This document shows, one piece after another, positions 29,979 through 40,835 of a stretch of 53,858 nt of DNA. The notes under the pieces are model-generated. The model worked only from the letters and a program-made list of their open reading frames with translations, was not told where the DNA came from and ran no database searches. The stretch covers positions 1 to 53,858 of the forward strand of contig CAAEIM010000076.1 of NCBI GenBank assembly GCA_900755995.1, written 5' to 3'. The stretch's first letter is position 1, and each line of letters starts with the position of its first letter. The DNA is from Clostridia bacterium (GTDB lineage: Bacteria; Bacillota; Clostridia; Oscillospirales; Acutalibacteraceae). The translations under genes were made by a program, and so were the position numbers.

Positions 29979-30455
29979 TTATTTTTTCGCATTTTTATCT
30001 TCTTCTGATTTATCTGACGTAAACCTTGCAAAAATTGCAATAGTTGTCAAAAAGGATATGAGAAGATAGATTAAAAGTGAAAGCAAAGCTCCAAGACTGA
30101 GAGCCGCCCCTGCTATTAATAATATTGACACTATTCCAGCCGCACTGCAAACTAGAGAAACAATATTTTTTAAATTTCTTTCTCTGTCAAACAAGCAGAA
30201 GAAAAATCCGACAATAGGAACCAATATAAGAACAGGGGTGTACATTACATAATTCAAAAACGCTGCTCCAAGAGTTCCGTCAGCACTGCCTCCTATAAAA
30301 GACATAAGGTCAAGTACAGAATACGAGAAAAACTTTCCGTCTGAAGTAATACCTTGAATAAACGGCATAGAACATAAAAATATTAAAAGTGCATAAAATA
30401 CGCATTGTGCGATTCTGAAATGTTTTCGTGTTTTGTTTTCCTTAATTTTCAGCAT
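29979..30455 (-). CDS. Hypothetical four-TM membrane protein
   Basis: GGAGG before ATG 30455; four hydrophobic segments. Confidence 0.7.
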   Translation of the reverse strand: MLKIKENKTRKHFRIAQCVFYALLIFLCSMPFIQGITSDGKFFSYSVLDLMSFIGGSADGTLGAAFLNYVMYTPVLILVPIVGFFFCLFDRERNLKNIVSLVCSAAGIVSILLIAGAALSLGALLSLLIYLLISFLTTIAIFARFTSDKSEEDKNAKK

Positions 30456-30549
30456 TATATCCTCCAAAGCTTTGATAAGCGAGTTGAATAAACAAGACTC
30501 ATCATAGTATTTTGATGTAATGTAGGTAATTATAACACATAATTTAGAG

Positions 30550-30578
30550 TTGCACAATAGCTTTTTTTGTGATATACT
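30550..30578 (+). promoter_or_regulatory. SigA-type promoter of the GH13 gene
   Basis: TTGCAC-17 bp-TATACT with TGn extended -10. Confidence 0.6.
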
Positions 30579-30613
30579 TAAAATAATTTAGTAAACCTGA
30601 AAGGAGACTGATT

Positions 30614-32263
30614 ATGAGCTATATCAATGAATCAGTTATTTACAATATATATCCACTGGGATTTTGCGGAGCACCAAGACAAAACGATGGACAACTCGTT
30701 TATCGCCTTGACAAGATTTATGAATGGATTCCCCATTTCAAAAAAATGAGCGTAAACTGCATTGTCTTTAATCCGATTTTTGAGAGCAGTTTTCACGGCT
30801 ACGATACTATTGACTATAAAAAGGTTGACTGCCGTTTGGGTGATAATGAATCATTCAAAAAAATCTGCAAAGCTCTTCACGAAAACGGCATCAGAATTAT
30901 GCTCGATGGCGTATTTAACCATGTGGGAAGAGATTTTTTTGCTTTTAAGGATGTTCAGCAGAATTTGCAAAACTCACAGTACTGCGGTTGGTTTCAAAAT
31001 TTAAATTTCTGGGGTTCAAGTCCAAAGGGTGACCCTTTCACCTATGAGGGCTGGGCAGGTTACTACGACCTTGTAAAGCTTAATCTTCAAAATCAGGATG
31101 TTGTCAATTATCTGCTCGGTGCGGCAGAGTTTTGGATTGATGAATTTGACATTGACGGACTGCGACTTGATGCGGCTGACTGCGTTGACGTTGAATTCTT
31201 CAAGAAATTAAGACGCACCTGTAAATCAAAAAAGCCTGATTTCTGGCTTTACGGTGAGCTTACTCACGGTGACTACAACTACTATGCAAACAGTGAAGCT
31301 CTTGACTCTGCAACAAACTACGAATGTTACAAGGGCATTTACTCAAGTCACAATGATCACAACTACTTTGAAATAGCACATTCGCTTAACAGACAGTTTG
31401 CAAACGGGGGTATCTACAGAAATATCTATACCTATAACTTTGTTGATAACCACGATGTAAACCGAGTAGCCAGCACCGTTAAGGATAAAAACCACCTTCG
31501 CAATATTTACACTCTTATGTACACAATGCCGGGCGTACCGTCGATTTACTACGGCAGTGAGTACGGTATAGAGGGAAAAAGAACAAATCACAGCGACTAT
31601 GAGCTTCGTCCCTGCCTTGAGCTTGGCAATATTCCAAATCCTGACAACGAGCTTTTCGAGCATATTGTAAAGCTCGGAAAAGTCAGACTCGCACTTGAAG
31701 CCTTGAAATACGGCGATTTTGCAAATGTGAACATTCAGAATGAAAAGCTTGTTTACAAGAGATGGACTGACAATCAAACAGTATTTGTGGCTTTCAATCT
31801 CACCGACCACGATGAGCATATTGACTTTGACACCGGCTGCAACGCTAAGCTTACAGATGTGCTCAACGATAATGAGATTATAGATGTAAACGGTTACTAC
31901 AATCTTTATATTAAGCCGTATTCTGCAAGAATCCTTGTTGTTAATGACGGCGGCTTTCAGGTTGATTTTTCAGATAATTCTAATGAAGAAAATTCTCAGT
32001 CAATGGTAAGTAAAGAAGAAGCAAAGCCTGTTGAAGCTGAAACACACTTTTATACTGAAATAATCCCCGGCAAATACAGGCACTTTAAAGGCAACGAATA
32101 CGAGGTAATCGGCACAGCAATACACAGCGAAACCGGTGAAAAGCTCGTTGTTTACAAGGCTCTTTATAATGACGGAGGACTATGGGTAAGACCATACGAT
32201 ATGTTTAAAGAGATAATTGAAAGGGACGGAAAGAAAATCCAAAGATTTACCCCGATTGATTAA
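30614..32263 (+). CDS. Cytoplasmic GH13 alpha-amylase-family hydrolase (neopullulanase/maltodextrin glucosidase-like) with C-terminal DUF1653 domain
   Basis: HGYD, DGVFNH, GLRLDAA, GELTH, FVDNHD; no signal peptide; C-terminal GKYRHFKG..Y..HSETGE..VVY.ALY..WVRP..MF. Confidence 0.9.
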   Translation: MSYINESVIYNIYPLGFCGAPRQNDGQLVYRLDKIYEWIPHFKKMSVNCIVFNPIFESSFHGYDTIDYKKVDCRLGDNESFKKICKALHENGIRIMLDGVFNHVGRDFFAFKDVQQNLQNSQYCGWFQNLNFWGSSPKGDPFTYEGWAGYYDLVKLNLQNQDVVNYLLGAAEFWIDEFDIDGLRLDAADCVDVEFFKKLRRTCKSKKPDFWLYGELTHGDYNYYANSEALDSATNYECYKGIYSSHNDHNYFEIAHSLNRQFANGGIYRNIYTYNFVDNHDVNRVASTVKDKNHLRNIYTLMYTMPGVPSIYYGSEYGIEGKRTNHSDYELRPCLELGNIPNPDNELFEHIVKLGKVRLALEALKYGDFANVNIQNEKLVYKRWTDNQTVFVAFNLTDHDEHIDFDTGCNAKLTDVLNDNEIIDVNGYYNLYIKPYSARILVVNDGGFQVDFSDNSNEENSQSMVSKEEAKPVEAETHFYTEIIPGKYRHFKGNEYEVIGTAIHSETGEKLVVYKALYNDGGLWVRPYDMFKEIIERDGKKIQRFTPID

Positions 32264-32299
32264 TATCATTTTCAAATCTTAATTAAGTAACACAACCCC

Positions 32300-32353
32300 C
32301 TGCATAACAAAACTCCCTGCTCAAACTAATGAACAGGGAGTTTTATTATGCAG
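32300..32353. terminator. Bidirectional terminator
   Basis: CTGCATAACAAAACTCCCTG..CAGGGAGTTTTATTATGCAG. Confidence 0.8.
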
Positions 32354-32358
32354 AATTA

Positions 32359-32787
32359 TCACTTAGTTTTCTCTGTTTGCTCAGGAATAGTGCTTGTGCA
32401 GTGAGGACATTTTACAGCCTTTATTGAGATTTCGCTCTGACAGAACGGACATACCTGCGTGGTAGGCTCAGCAGGCTCTTCCTCTTTTTTGCCTATGGAC
32501 ATAATTTTATTCACAAGCTTTACGATAAGGAAAATAACAAACGCCATAATAATAAAGTTGATTATAGCCGTTAAGAACTTACCGTAACCTATTGTAACAT
32601 CGCCTATTGTAAGAGCGTATTGGTCAAAATTCATTCCGCCGAAAAGGCCGAGGATAGGCGAAATAATATCTGTTGTGAGCGAATTAACTATTGACTGGAA
32701 TGCAGCGCCGATGATAACACCGACTGCAAGGTCAAGCACATTTCCTCTCATAATAAAGGTTTTAAATTCACCAAAAAATTTTTTCAT
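32359..32787 (-). CDS. mscL: Large-conductance mechanosensitive channel with C-terminal zinc ribbon
   Basis: EFKTFIMRGNVLDLAVGVIIGAAF, YGKF..INF; CPFC..CPHC tail; ATG 32787. Confidence 0.93.
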   Translation of the reverse strand: MKKFFGEFKTFIMRGNVLDLAVGVIIGAAFQSIVNSLTTDIISPILGLFGGMNFDQYALTIGDVTIGYGKFLTAIINFIIMAFVIFLIVKLVNKIMSIGKKEEEPAEPTTQVCPFCQSEISIKAVKCPHCTSTIPEQTEKTK

Positions 32788-32882
32788 TTTGCAAATACCC
32801 CTTTTCCAAAATAACTCTATTATTAATATCTTGATATACATCAGAATATAGCGGATAACGCAGCCGCCTGATATTTACAAAA

Positions 32883-34106
32883 TTATAAAACAGCCTTGTG
32901 GAACTTCTTTTTACCCTTTTTAATTACAACATAGCCTTTTTCAAATGCTGACTTTGGAACAACTGCGTAAACATCAGTTACTTTCTCGTCATCAACAGCT
33001 ACTCCGCCCTGCTGAATAAGACGTCTGCCCTCTCCCTTTGACGGAATAAGTCCGCATTTTGCAAGCAGGTCAAGAATTGCAATACCGCCGTCTGTAAAAT
33101 CAGCCTCGCAAAGCTCTGTTGAAGGCATATTATCTGTGTTTGCTCTGCTACCAAACAATGCCCTTGCAGCCTCCTGCGCCTTGTCTGCCTCTTCCTTGCC
33201 GTGAATAAGGCTTGTAACCTCGTATGCAAGTATCTCCTTAGCCTTATTAAGCTCGCTGCCCTCAAGCTTTGCAAGCTCGTCAATCTGTTCAAGTGGAAGG
33301 AATGTAAGCATTTTAAGGCACTTGATAACATCTTCGTCAGCCACATTTCTCCAATACTGGTAGAAATCATAAGGGCTTGTCTTTTCGGCAGAAAGCCATA
33401 CAGCACCCGACTGGGTTTTGCCCATCTTCTTGCCCTCAGAATTGAGGAGAAGATTGATTGTCATAGCGTAAGCGTCCTTGCCGAGCTTTCTTCTGATAAG
33501 TTCAGTGCCGCCGAGCATATTGCTCCACTGGTCGTCACCGCCAAACTGCATATTGCAGCCGTATTTCTGATAGAGAGCGTAAAAATCGTAACTCTGCATT
33601 ATCATATAGTTAAACTCAAGAAAGCTGAGTCCTTTTTCCATTCTCTGCTTGTAGCACTCTGCCCTGAGCATATTATTAACTGAGAAGCAAGCGCCAACCT
33701 CTCGCAAAAGCTCAACATAGTTTAAGTCGAGCAGCCAGTCGGCATTGTTTACCATAAGTGCCTTGCCGTCCGAAAAATCAATAAATCTTTCCATCTGCTT
33801 TTTAAAGCAGTCAACATTGTGCTGAATTGTTTCCTTTGTCATCATCTGGCGCATATCGGTTCTGCCTGACGGGTCACCAATCATTGCAGTGCCGCCGCCG
33901 ATAAGAGCAATCGGCTTGTTGCCTGCCATCTGCAAACGCTTCATAAGACAGAGAGCCATAAAATGACCTACATGGAGGCTGTCTGCCGTGGGGTCAAAAC
34001 CGATGTAAAAAACAGCCTTGCCGTTATTGACAAGCTCCTTAATTTCTTCTTCATCTGTAACCTGAGCAATAAGACCTCTGGCTACTAACTCCTCATAAAC
34101 TCCCAT
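32883..34106 (-). CDS. tyrS: Tyrosine-tRNA ligase
   Basis: [25 protein letters not shown]-terminal S4 domain. Confidence 0.97.
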   Translation of the reverse strand: MGVYEELVARGLIAQVTDEEEIKELVNNGKAVFYIGFDPTADSLHVGHFMALCLMKRLQMAGNKPIALIGGGTAMIGDPSGRTDMRQMMTKETIQHNVDCFKKQMERFIDFSDGKALMVNNADWLLDLNYVELLREVGACFSVNNMLRAECYKQRMEKGLSFLEFNYMIMQSYDFYALYQKYGCNMQFGGDDQWSNMLGGTELIRRKLGKDAYAMTINLLLNSEGKKMGKTQSGAVWLSAEKTSPYDFYQYWRNVADEDVIKCLKMLTFLPLEQIDELAKLEGSELNKAKEILAYEVTSLIHGKEEADKAQEAARALFGSRANTDNMPSTELCEADFTDGGIAILDLLAKCGLIPSKGEGRRLIQQGGVAVDDEKVTDVYAVVPKSAFEKGYVVIKKGKKKFHKAVL

Positions 34107-34185
34107 ATTATTCTAAAATCCTTTCTGATTTTTACTTACACTGTATATTCGTAATTATAAAACAAATTTCTCAATAGGTCAATAC

Positions 34186-35085
34186 CTAACCATTTGTTTG
34201 CACCACAAGGCTTTTGCCGTCGCTTGTAACCACAACACAGCCATCCCTACCCGTTATGTATTCACTTGATATTTTGGAAATTCTGTACTCAACTGAATAA
34301 TCAGGCAGATATAAATCATCGGTATCTGCACTTATAACGGTAATCTCAGGAGAAACCGCTTCTAAAAATTCTGCCGTACTTGAATATGCACTGCCGTGAT
34401 GGGATGCTTTCAGCACATCGGCGGAAATATCACAGCCGTTTTGAGCAAGCTCTGCTTCAACCTCACCGCTTATATCACCGGTAAAGAGAAATGATTTTTC
34501 CTTGTAGCAAAGCTTTATTACGAGTGAACAATCATTCGTATTGTCATAGCTTCGGCACGGTGAAATCACCTTGAATTGAAGTTCACCGTAAGCGAATTCA
34601 TCTCCGCATTTTATATATTCACGTTGAAGATTATTTTCTTCGGCAAAATCATTCAGATTTTTAAATACACCCTTGTCGTCAACAAGCTGAGTCGGAGTAT
34701 CATAGCAGTATATTTTATCAGCGCAAAATTCGCCGATAATTTTTGCCGCACCTCCGATATGGTCGCTGTCAGGGTGAGAAAGAATGACTGCATCAAGCTT
34801 TTTACAGCCGTACCGTTTTAAATAATTCACGGTTTTTTCTGCGGAGCTTTCCGTGCCGCAGTCTATCATAATGTCAGTATCGTCAAGATGTATATATGCC
34901 GCATCAGCATCACCAACCGAAATAAAGCTCACCGACATTTTGTTTTGAGTATCTGCCCTCAAGCCGCACAACGAGTAAATATATTCCCAATCTGCAAAAA
35001 TTGAAAACGCACAAAAGACAATCACTAACGCTGATATAGCTATAAGTTTTAAAGGTTTATTTCTTTTTTCTTCTGTACTTTGCAT
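34186..35085 (-). CDS. ComEC/Rec2-like metallo-beta-lactamase-fold protein, membrane-anchored
   Basis: SHPDSDHIGG, LFTGD, HHGS; N-terminal TM; start 35085 overlaps the ygiQ 3' end. Confidence 0.85.
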   Translation of the reverse strand: MQSTEEKRNKPLKLIAISALVIVFCAFSIFADWEYIYSLCGLRADTQNKMSVSFISVGDADAAYIHLDDTDIMIDCGTESSAEKTVNYLKRYGCKKLDAVILSHPDSDHIGGAAKIIGEFCADKIYCYDTPTQLVDDKGVFKNLNDFAEENNLQREYIKCGDEFAYGELQFKVISPCRSYDNTNDCSLVIKLCYKEKSFLFTGDISGEVEAELAQNGCDISADVLKASHHGSAYSSTAEFLEAVSPEITVISADTDDLYLPDYSVEYRISKISSEYITGRDGCVVVTSDGKSLVVQTNG

Positions 35086-36976
35086 ACCTGTCCTTAGTTG
35101 GCTTGACGCCCCTGCCTGAATGGCTGTTTGCTCTGCCGCTGTTTGATTTTTGCGACAGGCTCGATTTAGCACTGTTTTTAGGATTATTCATAGGCTGAAC
35201 AAGGCAGTTAGCCCCATAACCTATTAGGTCACGTCTGCCAGCCTTTATAAGTGCCTTGATGACCTTTTGCCTGTTTTCGGGAATAAAATACTGTAAAAGT
35301 GCCCTCTGCATTCCCTTTTCTTCCTCGGTTTTCGGCACATATACCTCTTTCATAGTGTATGGATCTAATCCCGTGTAGAACATACAGGTTGAGATTGTAC
35401 CCGGAGTCGGATAAAAATCCTGAACCTGCTTTGGGTGAATATTCTCTCTCTTGCAGAAAAGCGCAAGCTCTACGGCATCTTTCAGCGTTGAACCGGGATG
35501 AGAACTCATAAGATAAGGTACAATATACTGGTCTTTGTTAATTTTTCCCGTAAGCTTATAGAACTTATCGCAGAATTTTTTATAGGTTTCAATGTGGGGC
35601 TTGCCCATACGGTCGAGCACCGCCGCCGAGCAATGCTCGGGAGCAACCCTGAGCTGACCGCTGATGTGGTACTTTACAAGCTCCTCAAAAAATTCATCGT
35701 TTTCGTCCTCCATAAGATAGTCAAAACGAATACCGCTGCGAATAAACACCTTTTTAATTCCGTCAATCTTCCTTAACTCACGCAGAATATCAAGATATTC
35801 TGTATGCGAAACCTGCATATTGGGACAGGGCGTTGGCGCAAGACATTTTCTGCCCTTACAAAGCCCCGCTTTTTTCTGCTTTTCGCAGGACGGAAGTCTG
35901 AAATTAGCGGTCGGGCCGCCAACGTCGCTTATATATCCTTTAAATCTTTTATCGCTGAGAAAGGATTTTGCCTCGTCAATTACGCTCTGCTTGCTTCTAA
36001 CAGTAACAGCCCTGCCCTGATGAAACGCAAGCGAGCAAAAATTACACGCACCAAAGCAGCCTCGGTTGTGAGTAATCGAAAACAGTACCTCCTGAATACC
36101 CGGCACTCCCCCGAGCTTTTCATAGCAAGGCGGATACCACCGTTCATACGGAAGTGAATATACGTAATCAAGCTGCTTCGTATTAAGCGGCTTCATAGGG
36201 GGATTCTGAATTAATATATAATTTCCGTGCCGCTGAATCAGAGTCTTTCCTCTTACTGCGTCAGCCTCGTCAAGCTCCTTTCGGGCGGCAATGGCATAAT
36301 CCTTTTTGCTCTCGCACACTCTTTCATAGCTTGGCAGTTCAACCACTGTTTTCGGCACATAATCGGTGGTCCTTACGGCGTAGCAAATACCACGAATATC
36401 ATACAGAGCCTCAACAGGATAGCCGTCAGACAGCCTTTTAGCCATTTCTATTGTTTGCAGCTCTCCCATTCCGTAGGAAATAATGTCAGCCTTACTGTCA
36501 AACAAAATTGACGGCATAACAGTGTTTTTCCAGTAATCGTAATGAGCAAATCTTCTGAGAGAAGCCTCAAGTCCGCCGATTATTATCACTGAATCGGGAT
36601 AAAGTCTGCGAATTATATTAGAATAAACGGTAACCGCCCTGTCAGGCCGTTTGCCCGACTTGCCTCCTGCGGTGTAAGCATCGTCACTGCGTTTGCGCTT
36701 TGCGACGGTATAATGAGCCACCATACTGTCAATATTTCCGGCTGTAACAAAAAATCCGAGCCTTGGTCTGCCAAACTGCAAAAATTCTGCGTCATTTTTC
36801 CAATCAGGCTGAGAAAGGACTGCAACCTTGTAGCCGCAGTCCTCAAGCACTCTTGTAATTATGGCTGCACCAAAGGACGGATGGTCAACATAGCTGTCGC
36901 CCATTACATAAACAAAGTCAACCTCGTTCCAGCCACGAACCTTGACCTCCTTAATATTCATCGGTAAAAATGCCAT
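35057..36976 (-). CDS. YgiQ (UPF0313) family radical SAM protein
   Basis: GDSYVDHPSFG, CFGACNFC, YLMSSHPG, QVQDFYPTP. Confidence 0.93.
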   Translation of the reverse strand: MAFLPMNIKEVKVRGWNEVDFVYVMGDSYVDHPSFGAAIITRVLEDCGYKVAVLSQPDWKNDAEFLQFGRPRLGFFVTAGNIDSMVAHYTVAKRKRSDDAYTAGGKSGKRPDRAVTVYSNIIRRLYPDSVIIIGGLEASLRRFAHYDYWKNTVMPSILFDSKADIISYGMGELQTIEMAKRLSDGYPVEALYDIRGICYAVRTTDYVPKTVVELPSYERVCESKKDYAIAARKELDEADAVRGKTLIQRHGNYILIQNPPMKPLNTKQLDYVYSLPYERWYPPCYEKLGGVPGIQEVLFSITHNRGCFGACNFCSLAFHQGRAVTVRSKQSVIDEAKSFLSDKRFKGYISDVGGPTANFRLPSCEKQKKAGLCKGRKCLAPTPCPNMQVSHTEYLDILRELRKIDGIKKVFIRSGIRFDYLMEDENDEFFEELVKYHISGQLRVAPEHCSAAVLDRMGKPHIETYKKFCDKFYKLTGKINKDQYIVPYLMSSHPGSTLKDAVELALFCKRENIHPKQVQDFYPTPGTISTCMFYTGLDPYTMKEVYVPKTEEEKGMQRALLQYFIPENRQKVIKALIKAGRRDLIGYGANCLVQPMNNPKNSAKSSLSQKSNSGRANSHSGRGVKPTKDRYAKYRRKKK

Positions 36977-37007
36977 AATATCACCTTTTATTTTTCTTTA
37001 TAAGAAA

Positions 37008-39749
37008 TTATTCGTCACTTCCCAGAACATTTCTGCGTTCAAGCCATTCATTATAGGTCATAAGCACATCTCTCGGCTTTGAACCCTGATGAGGGCCTAT
37101 AATTCCCATCTGCTCCATATCGTCAATCATCCTGCCTGCCCTTGCATAGCCAACCTGAAGTCTGCGCTGAATGAGAGATGTGGATGCCTGTCCTGCCTCG
37201 ATTACACACTTAATGGCATCCTCCATCTTTGAATCAAGCTTAATTTCTCCGTCGCTTCCCTTTTCATCGTTCTTTTTGCCCTGAGCGATTTCTTCTGCGG
37301 CAATTCTCTTGATTTTCTCCTCAATCTCAGCATTATACTGAGCGGAAGATGATTTCTTGATAAAGTTTGTAACATTCTCTATTTCTTCATCTGAGGCATA
37401 ACAGCCCTGCACACGCACAGGCTTTGGAGCGCCGGTAGGAGAAAACAGCATATCGCCTCTACCTATCAGCTTTTCGGCGCCGCCGAGGTCGAGAATTGTT
37501 CTTGAGTCCATATTTGAGCTTACCTTGAGCGCAATACGGCTTGGAATATTTGCCTTAATCAAACCTGTAATTACATTAACCGTAGGTCGCTGAGTAGCAA
37601 TAAGCAGGTGCATACCTGCGGCTCTTGCCATCTGAGCAAGTCGGCAAATGGACTCCTCAACCTCACTCGGAGCAGCCATCATAAGGTCGGCAAGCTCGTC
37701 AATGGAAATTACAATCTGCGGCATTTTTTCCTTAGCCACAGGCAGTCCGTTCCTCTCAAGTACAGGCTGCACAAGCTCGCCTTCCTCGTTTTCTTCGGGA
37801 GGATTTTCAGAAATATATCTAAGGTTGTCCTCAATCAATTCATTATACGCATCAATATTTTTGCAGTCGTATTCAGAAAAAATCTTGTATCTCTGAAGCA
37901 TTTCAGACACCGCCCAGCTAAGTGCGCCTGCCGCCTTTTTTGCATCTGACACAACAGGTATGAGCAAATGCGGTATGCCCTTGTACTTTGAAAACTCAAC
38001 CATTTTAGGGTCAATAAGCAACAGCTTGACCTCATCGGGGGAAGCTTTATACAGAATACTCATAAGAATTGAGTTCACACATACCGATTTACCTGAGCCT
38101 GTAGTACCTGCAATCAGCAAATGCGGCATTTTTGCAAGGTCTGTAACCACTATGTCACCCGAAATATCCTTGCCGAGAACACAGGTCAGCTTGCTCTTGC
38201 CGCTGCGAAATTCGTCGGAATCAATCAGCTCACGCATTGTTACCATACTTACAACCTTATTAGGTATTTCAATGCCCACTGCGGCTTTTCCCGGAATAGG
38301 AGCTTCAATTCTTACGCCGTTAGCCGCAAGGTTAAGCGCAATATCATCTGAAAGGTTTGTAATCTTGCTGATTTTTACACCTGGTGCGGGCGACAATTCA
38401 TATCTGGTAACTGACGGTCCACGGCAGATATTTACTATTGACGCCTTTACATTAAAGCTGTCGAGCGTTTCAATCAGCTTTGTCGCATTGTTCTGCATTT
38501 CAGCCATAGCGTTCTTATCGTTTTTGTTATCTGCGAGTGTAAGCAGCTGAATAGGCGGAAAATGATAGCTATACTCCTGCTTAGCTTCTTCCTCTTTTAT
38601 ATCAACAGGAGAATAGCTTGCGTTTTCAAGCTCCTCTTCAAATTTTGAAAGTTCCTCTTCTGTAGGTTCATTCGGATACTGAGGCTGCTTGTCACTCTTT
38701 CCCTTTTTGCCCCGAGAGGGATTTGTCTGTTCCTCGTATGATTTGCTTGCCCTGCTGATTATATTCATTAAATCATCGGAAACAGTCAGATTTTCTTCTG
38801 TATCAGGCTCCTCCGGTATGGGGCTTTCAGCCTCTTTATTTTCTTCATTAATTTCTGTCTTATAGTCACAGTCAACCTCAAGCTTGCGGTTGAGCCTTGT
38901 TTTGTTCTCTGAATTTTTAGTTTCATCAAGAGGAACATCAATTCCGCTTCCTTTTGCTGTGCGCTTTTTCTTTTTGGAAACAACTATATTTTCGTCCTGC
39001 CCATCGCCTGCAATAAACATTTCACGCTGTTCTCTTTGAACTCTTTCTGCTTCTGCCTCTGTGATTCGTCTTTCCCTGATTACCTTTGCCCTTTCCTCAC
39101 TTTTTTGTTTAACATATGTAACACCTTTGCCCACCTTTGCAGCTGCCCTGGCTATGTCGTTGAGAGAAAGATTTGTGATAATAAATATCATCACAAGCAG
39201 TGTGAGAATACATATCCACACGGTAGGCACAGTACCTATCAGCGTAATCATCGGATAGCCGAGCAATCCTCCTATAAAGCCCGCTCCAAAGGTAAAGTAA
39301 GCGTCGCTGTTATAAATGTCAAGATAAAGCTCGCCTGCACAGGCAAGATATCCTTTTTCGGAATGGGGGGTTCCTGTAGCAACAAAAATCAGCGTTTCGA
39401 GCAGCAGCACTATCAGTATGCTGAGTGCGATTTTGCCTTTCAGGTGATTTATATGCTTTTCCTTTGCTGTCATAATCGCCAGATACAAGAAGAAAACCGG
39501 CAAAAGCACCGCTGAAAAGCCAAATACTCCGAACATAGCCGAACGTGCGGCACTCCATAAATTTACGCTCTGAATAATTATTAATAATATGAAGAAGAAA
39601 GCCAGGGCGCAGAACAGAATCGCTCTTATTCTGGGAGTTAAAAGCGGCTGCGGCTCAGGTACCGTCTGCTTTTTGGAAACAGCGTTTTTTTTTGAGGAGG
39701 CTGACGATTTTGAAGTCTTTTTTTTAGTTGTGTTCTTTTGGGCTGCCAA
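37008..39749 (-). CDS. ftsK: DNA translocase FtsK/SpoIIIE
   Basis: N-terminal TMs, [27 protein letters not shown], gamma domain GYARAGR; TTG start. Confidence 0.96.
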   Translation of the reverse strand: MAAQKNTTKKKTSKSSASSKKNAVSKKQTVPEPQPLLTPRIRAILFCALAFFFILLIIIQSVNLWSAARSAMFGVFGFSAVLLPVFFLYLAIMTAKEKHINHLKGKIALSILIVLLLETLIFVATGTPHSEKGYLACAGELYLDIYNSDAYFTFGAGFIGGLLGYPMITLIGTVPTVWICILTLLVMIFIITNLSLNDIARAAAKVGKGVTYVKQKSEERAKVIRERRITEAEAERVQREQREMFIAGDGQDENIVVSKKKKRTAKGSGIDVPLDETKNSENKTRLNRKLEVDCDYKTEINEENKEAESPIPEEPDTEENLTVSDDLMNIISRASKSYEEQTNPSRGKKGKSDKQPQYPNEPTEEELSKFEEELENASYSPVDIKEEEAKQEYSYHFPPIQLLTLADNKNDKNAMAEMQNNATKLIETLDSFNVKASIVNICRGPSVTRYELSPAPGVKISKITNLSDDIALNLAANGVRIEAPIPGKAAVGIEIPNKVVSMVTMRELIDSDEFRSGKSKLTCVLGKDISGDIVVTDLAKMPHLLIAGTTGSGKSVCVNSILMSILYKASPDEVKLLLIDPKMVEFSKYKGIPHLLIPVVSDAKKAAGALSWAVSEMLQRYKIFSEYDCKNIDAYNELIEDNLRYISENPPEENEEGELVQPVLERNGLPVAKEKMPQIVISIDELADLMMAAPSEVEESICRLAQMARAAGMHLLIATQRPTVNVITGLIKANIPSRIALKVSSNMDSRTILDLGGAEKLIGRGDMLFSPTGAPKPVRVQGCYASDEEIENVTNFIKKSSSAQYNAEIEEKIKRIAAEEIAQGKKNDEKGSDGEIKLDSKMEDAIKCVIEAGQASTSLIQRRLQVGYARAGRMIDDMEQMGIIGPHQGSKPRDVLMTYNEWLERRNVLGSDE

Positions 39750-39773
39750 TATGTTCCACCTCCGCTGAAAGCA

Positions 39774-40736
39774 TTACTGAATCATTGCACCCGTAAAGAA
39801 GTTTACTCCTGAGTTTAACTCAATGCAGGAAATAACAACGAAAATCAAACCTACAAGTGCAGTATATACAACAAAAATTATCATTTTGTCTGTTTTTAAA
39901 AACCATTTAAAAATAAGAATAGCAAAATAGCCTACAAGTGCAGATACCGCCATACCTACTATAATTACAACGGGATCTACCGAGATTCCCTGAGGGCTCT
40001 TTATTGCGTCAATGCCTTCAAGCAGAGCAGCGGCAATAATTGACGGAATGCCAAGCACAAATGTGTAATCAAGCGCCTTTTGTCTGTTGATTCCTCTCAT
40101 CTCGCCCACTGCAAGAGTTGAACCCGAGCGGGAAAGGCCGGGAAAAATTGCGGCTACAACCTGTGTAAGACCTACACAGACAGCGTCAAGGACATTAAAG
40201 CTTTCCTTTCCTGCCGAATTTTCGCTGTGCTTGTCAGCCTTTAAATGCTTAAATGATTTACCCTGATTAATCGTTCTTTTGTTGCAGATAATACCAACGG
40301 TGAGAAGTATGCTTGTTACGAGAAGTGAAATTGCCGAAACAATTAAATATTTTTCTCCTGTGAGCATATCCGCCAAATCCTTAATTTTCATATCTGTGCC
40401 CGGAATAGGCAGGAAAAGCAAAAACAGCGGAAGCAAGCCTATTATGAGCATCATAATAAGATTTCTTTCGTAATTCATTTCTTTCCACTTGAATTTTCCT
40501 GTAAATACATCTTTAACAAGAGCAAAAAATTCCTTAATAAGACTCCAAATCAGCTTGTGATAAAAGGCTATAACGGCTACGAGCGTACCGACGTGAAGCA
40601 TTACATTGAAGAATAGATTATCCTCTGTTGCTCCGAGAATATGCTGAGTTATTGAAAGGTGTCCGCTGCTTGAAACGGGTAAAAACTCAGTAAGTCCCTG
40701 CACAATGCCCTGAATGATTGCATCAATAATTGACAT
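39774..40736 (-). CDS. uppP: Undecaprenyl-diphosphate phosphatase
   Basis: QGLTEFLPVSSSGH and PGLSRSGST. Confidence 0.95.
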   Translation of the reverse strand: MSIIDAIIQGIVQGLTEFLPVSSSGHLSITQHILGATEDNLFFNVMLHVGTLVAVIAFYHKLIWSLIKEFFALVKDVFTGKFKWKEMNYERNLIMMLIIGLLPLFLLFLPIPGTDMKIKDLADMLTGEKYLIVSAISLLVTSILLTVGIICNKRTINQGKSFKHLKADKHSENSAGKESFNVLDAVCVGLTQVVAAIFPGLSRSGSTLAVGEMRGINRQKALDYTFVLGIPSIIAAALLEGIDAIKSPQGISVDPVVIIVGMAVSALVGYFAILIFKWFLKTDKMIIFVVYTALVGLIFVVISCIELNSGVNFFTGAMIQ

Positions 40737-40835
40737 AATATGTACTCCTTGTTTCTAAAAAAATATGTAAGGGCGATTTTTAACCGCCCATATAACCGCA
40801 ATATTAATGTATATGCGGATACTATAAATAATAAA

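Noticed and set aside
34107..34185. T-box before tyrS
   Set aside because: The intergenic gap is only 79 bp and lacks the motif.
37960..38550. 196-aa plus-strand ORF and the many other short ORFs overlapping housekeeping genes
   Set aside because: Antisense or alternate-frame shadows of well-supported genes, with no RBS or recognisable motifs.
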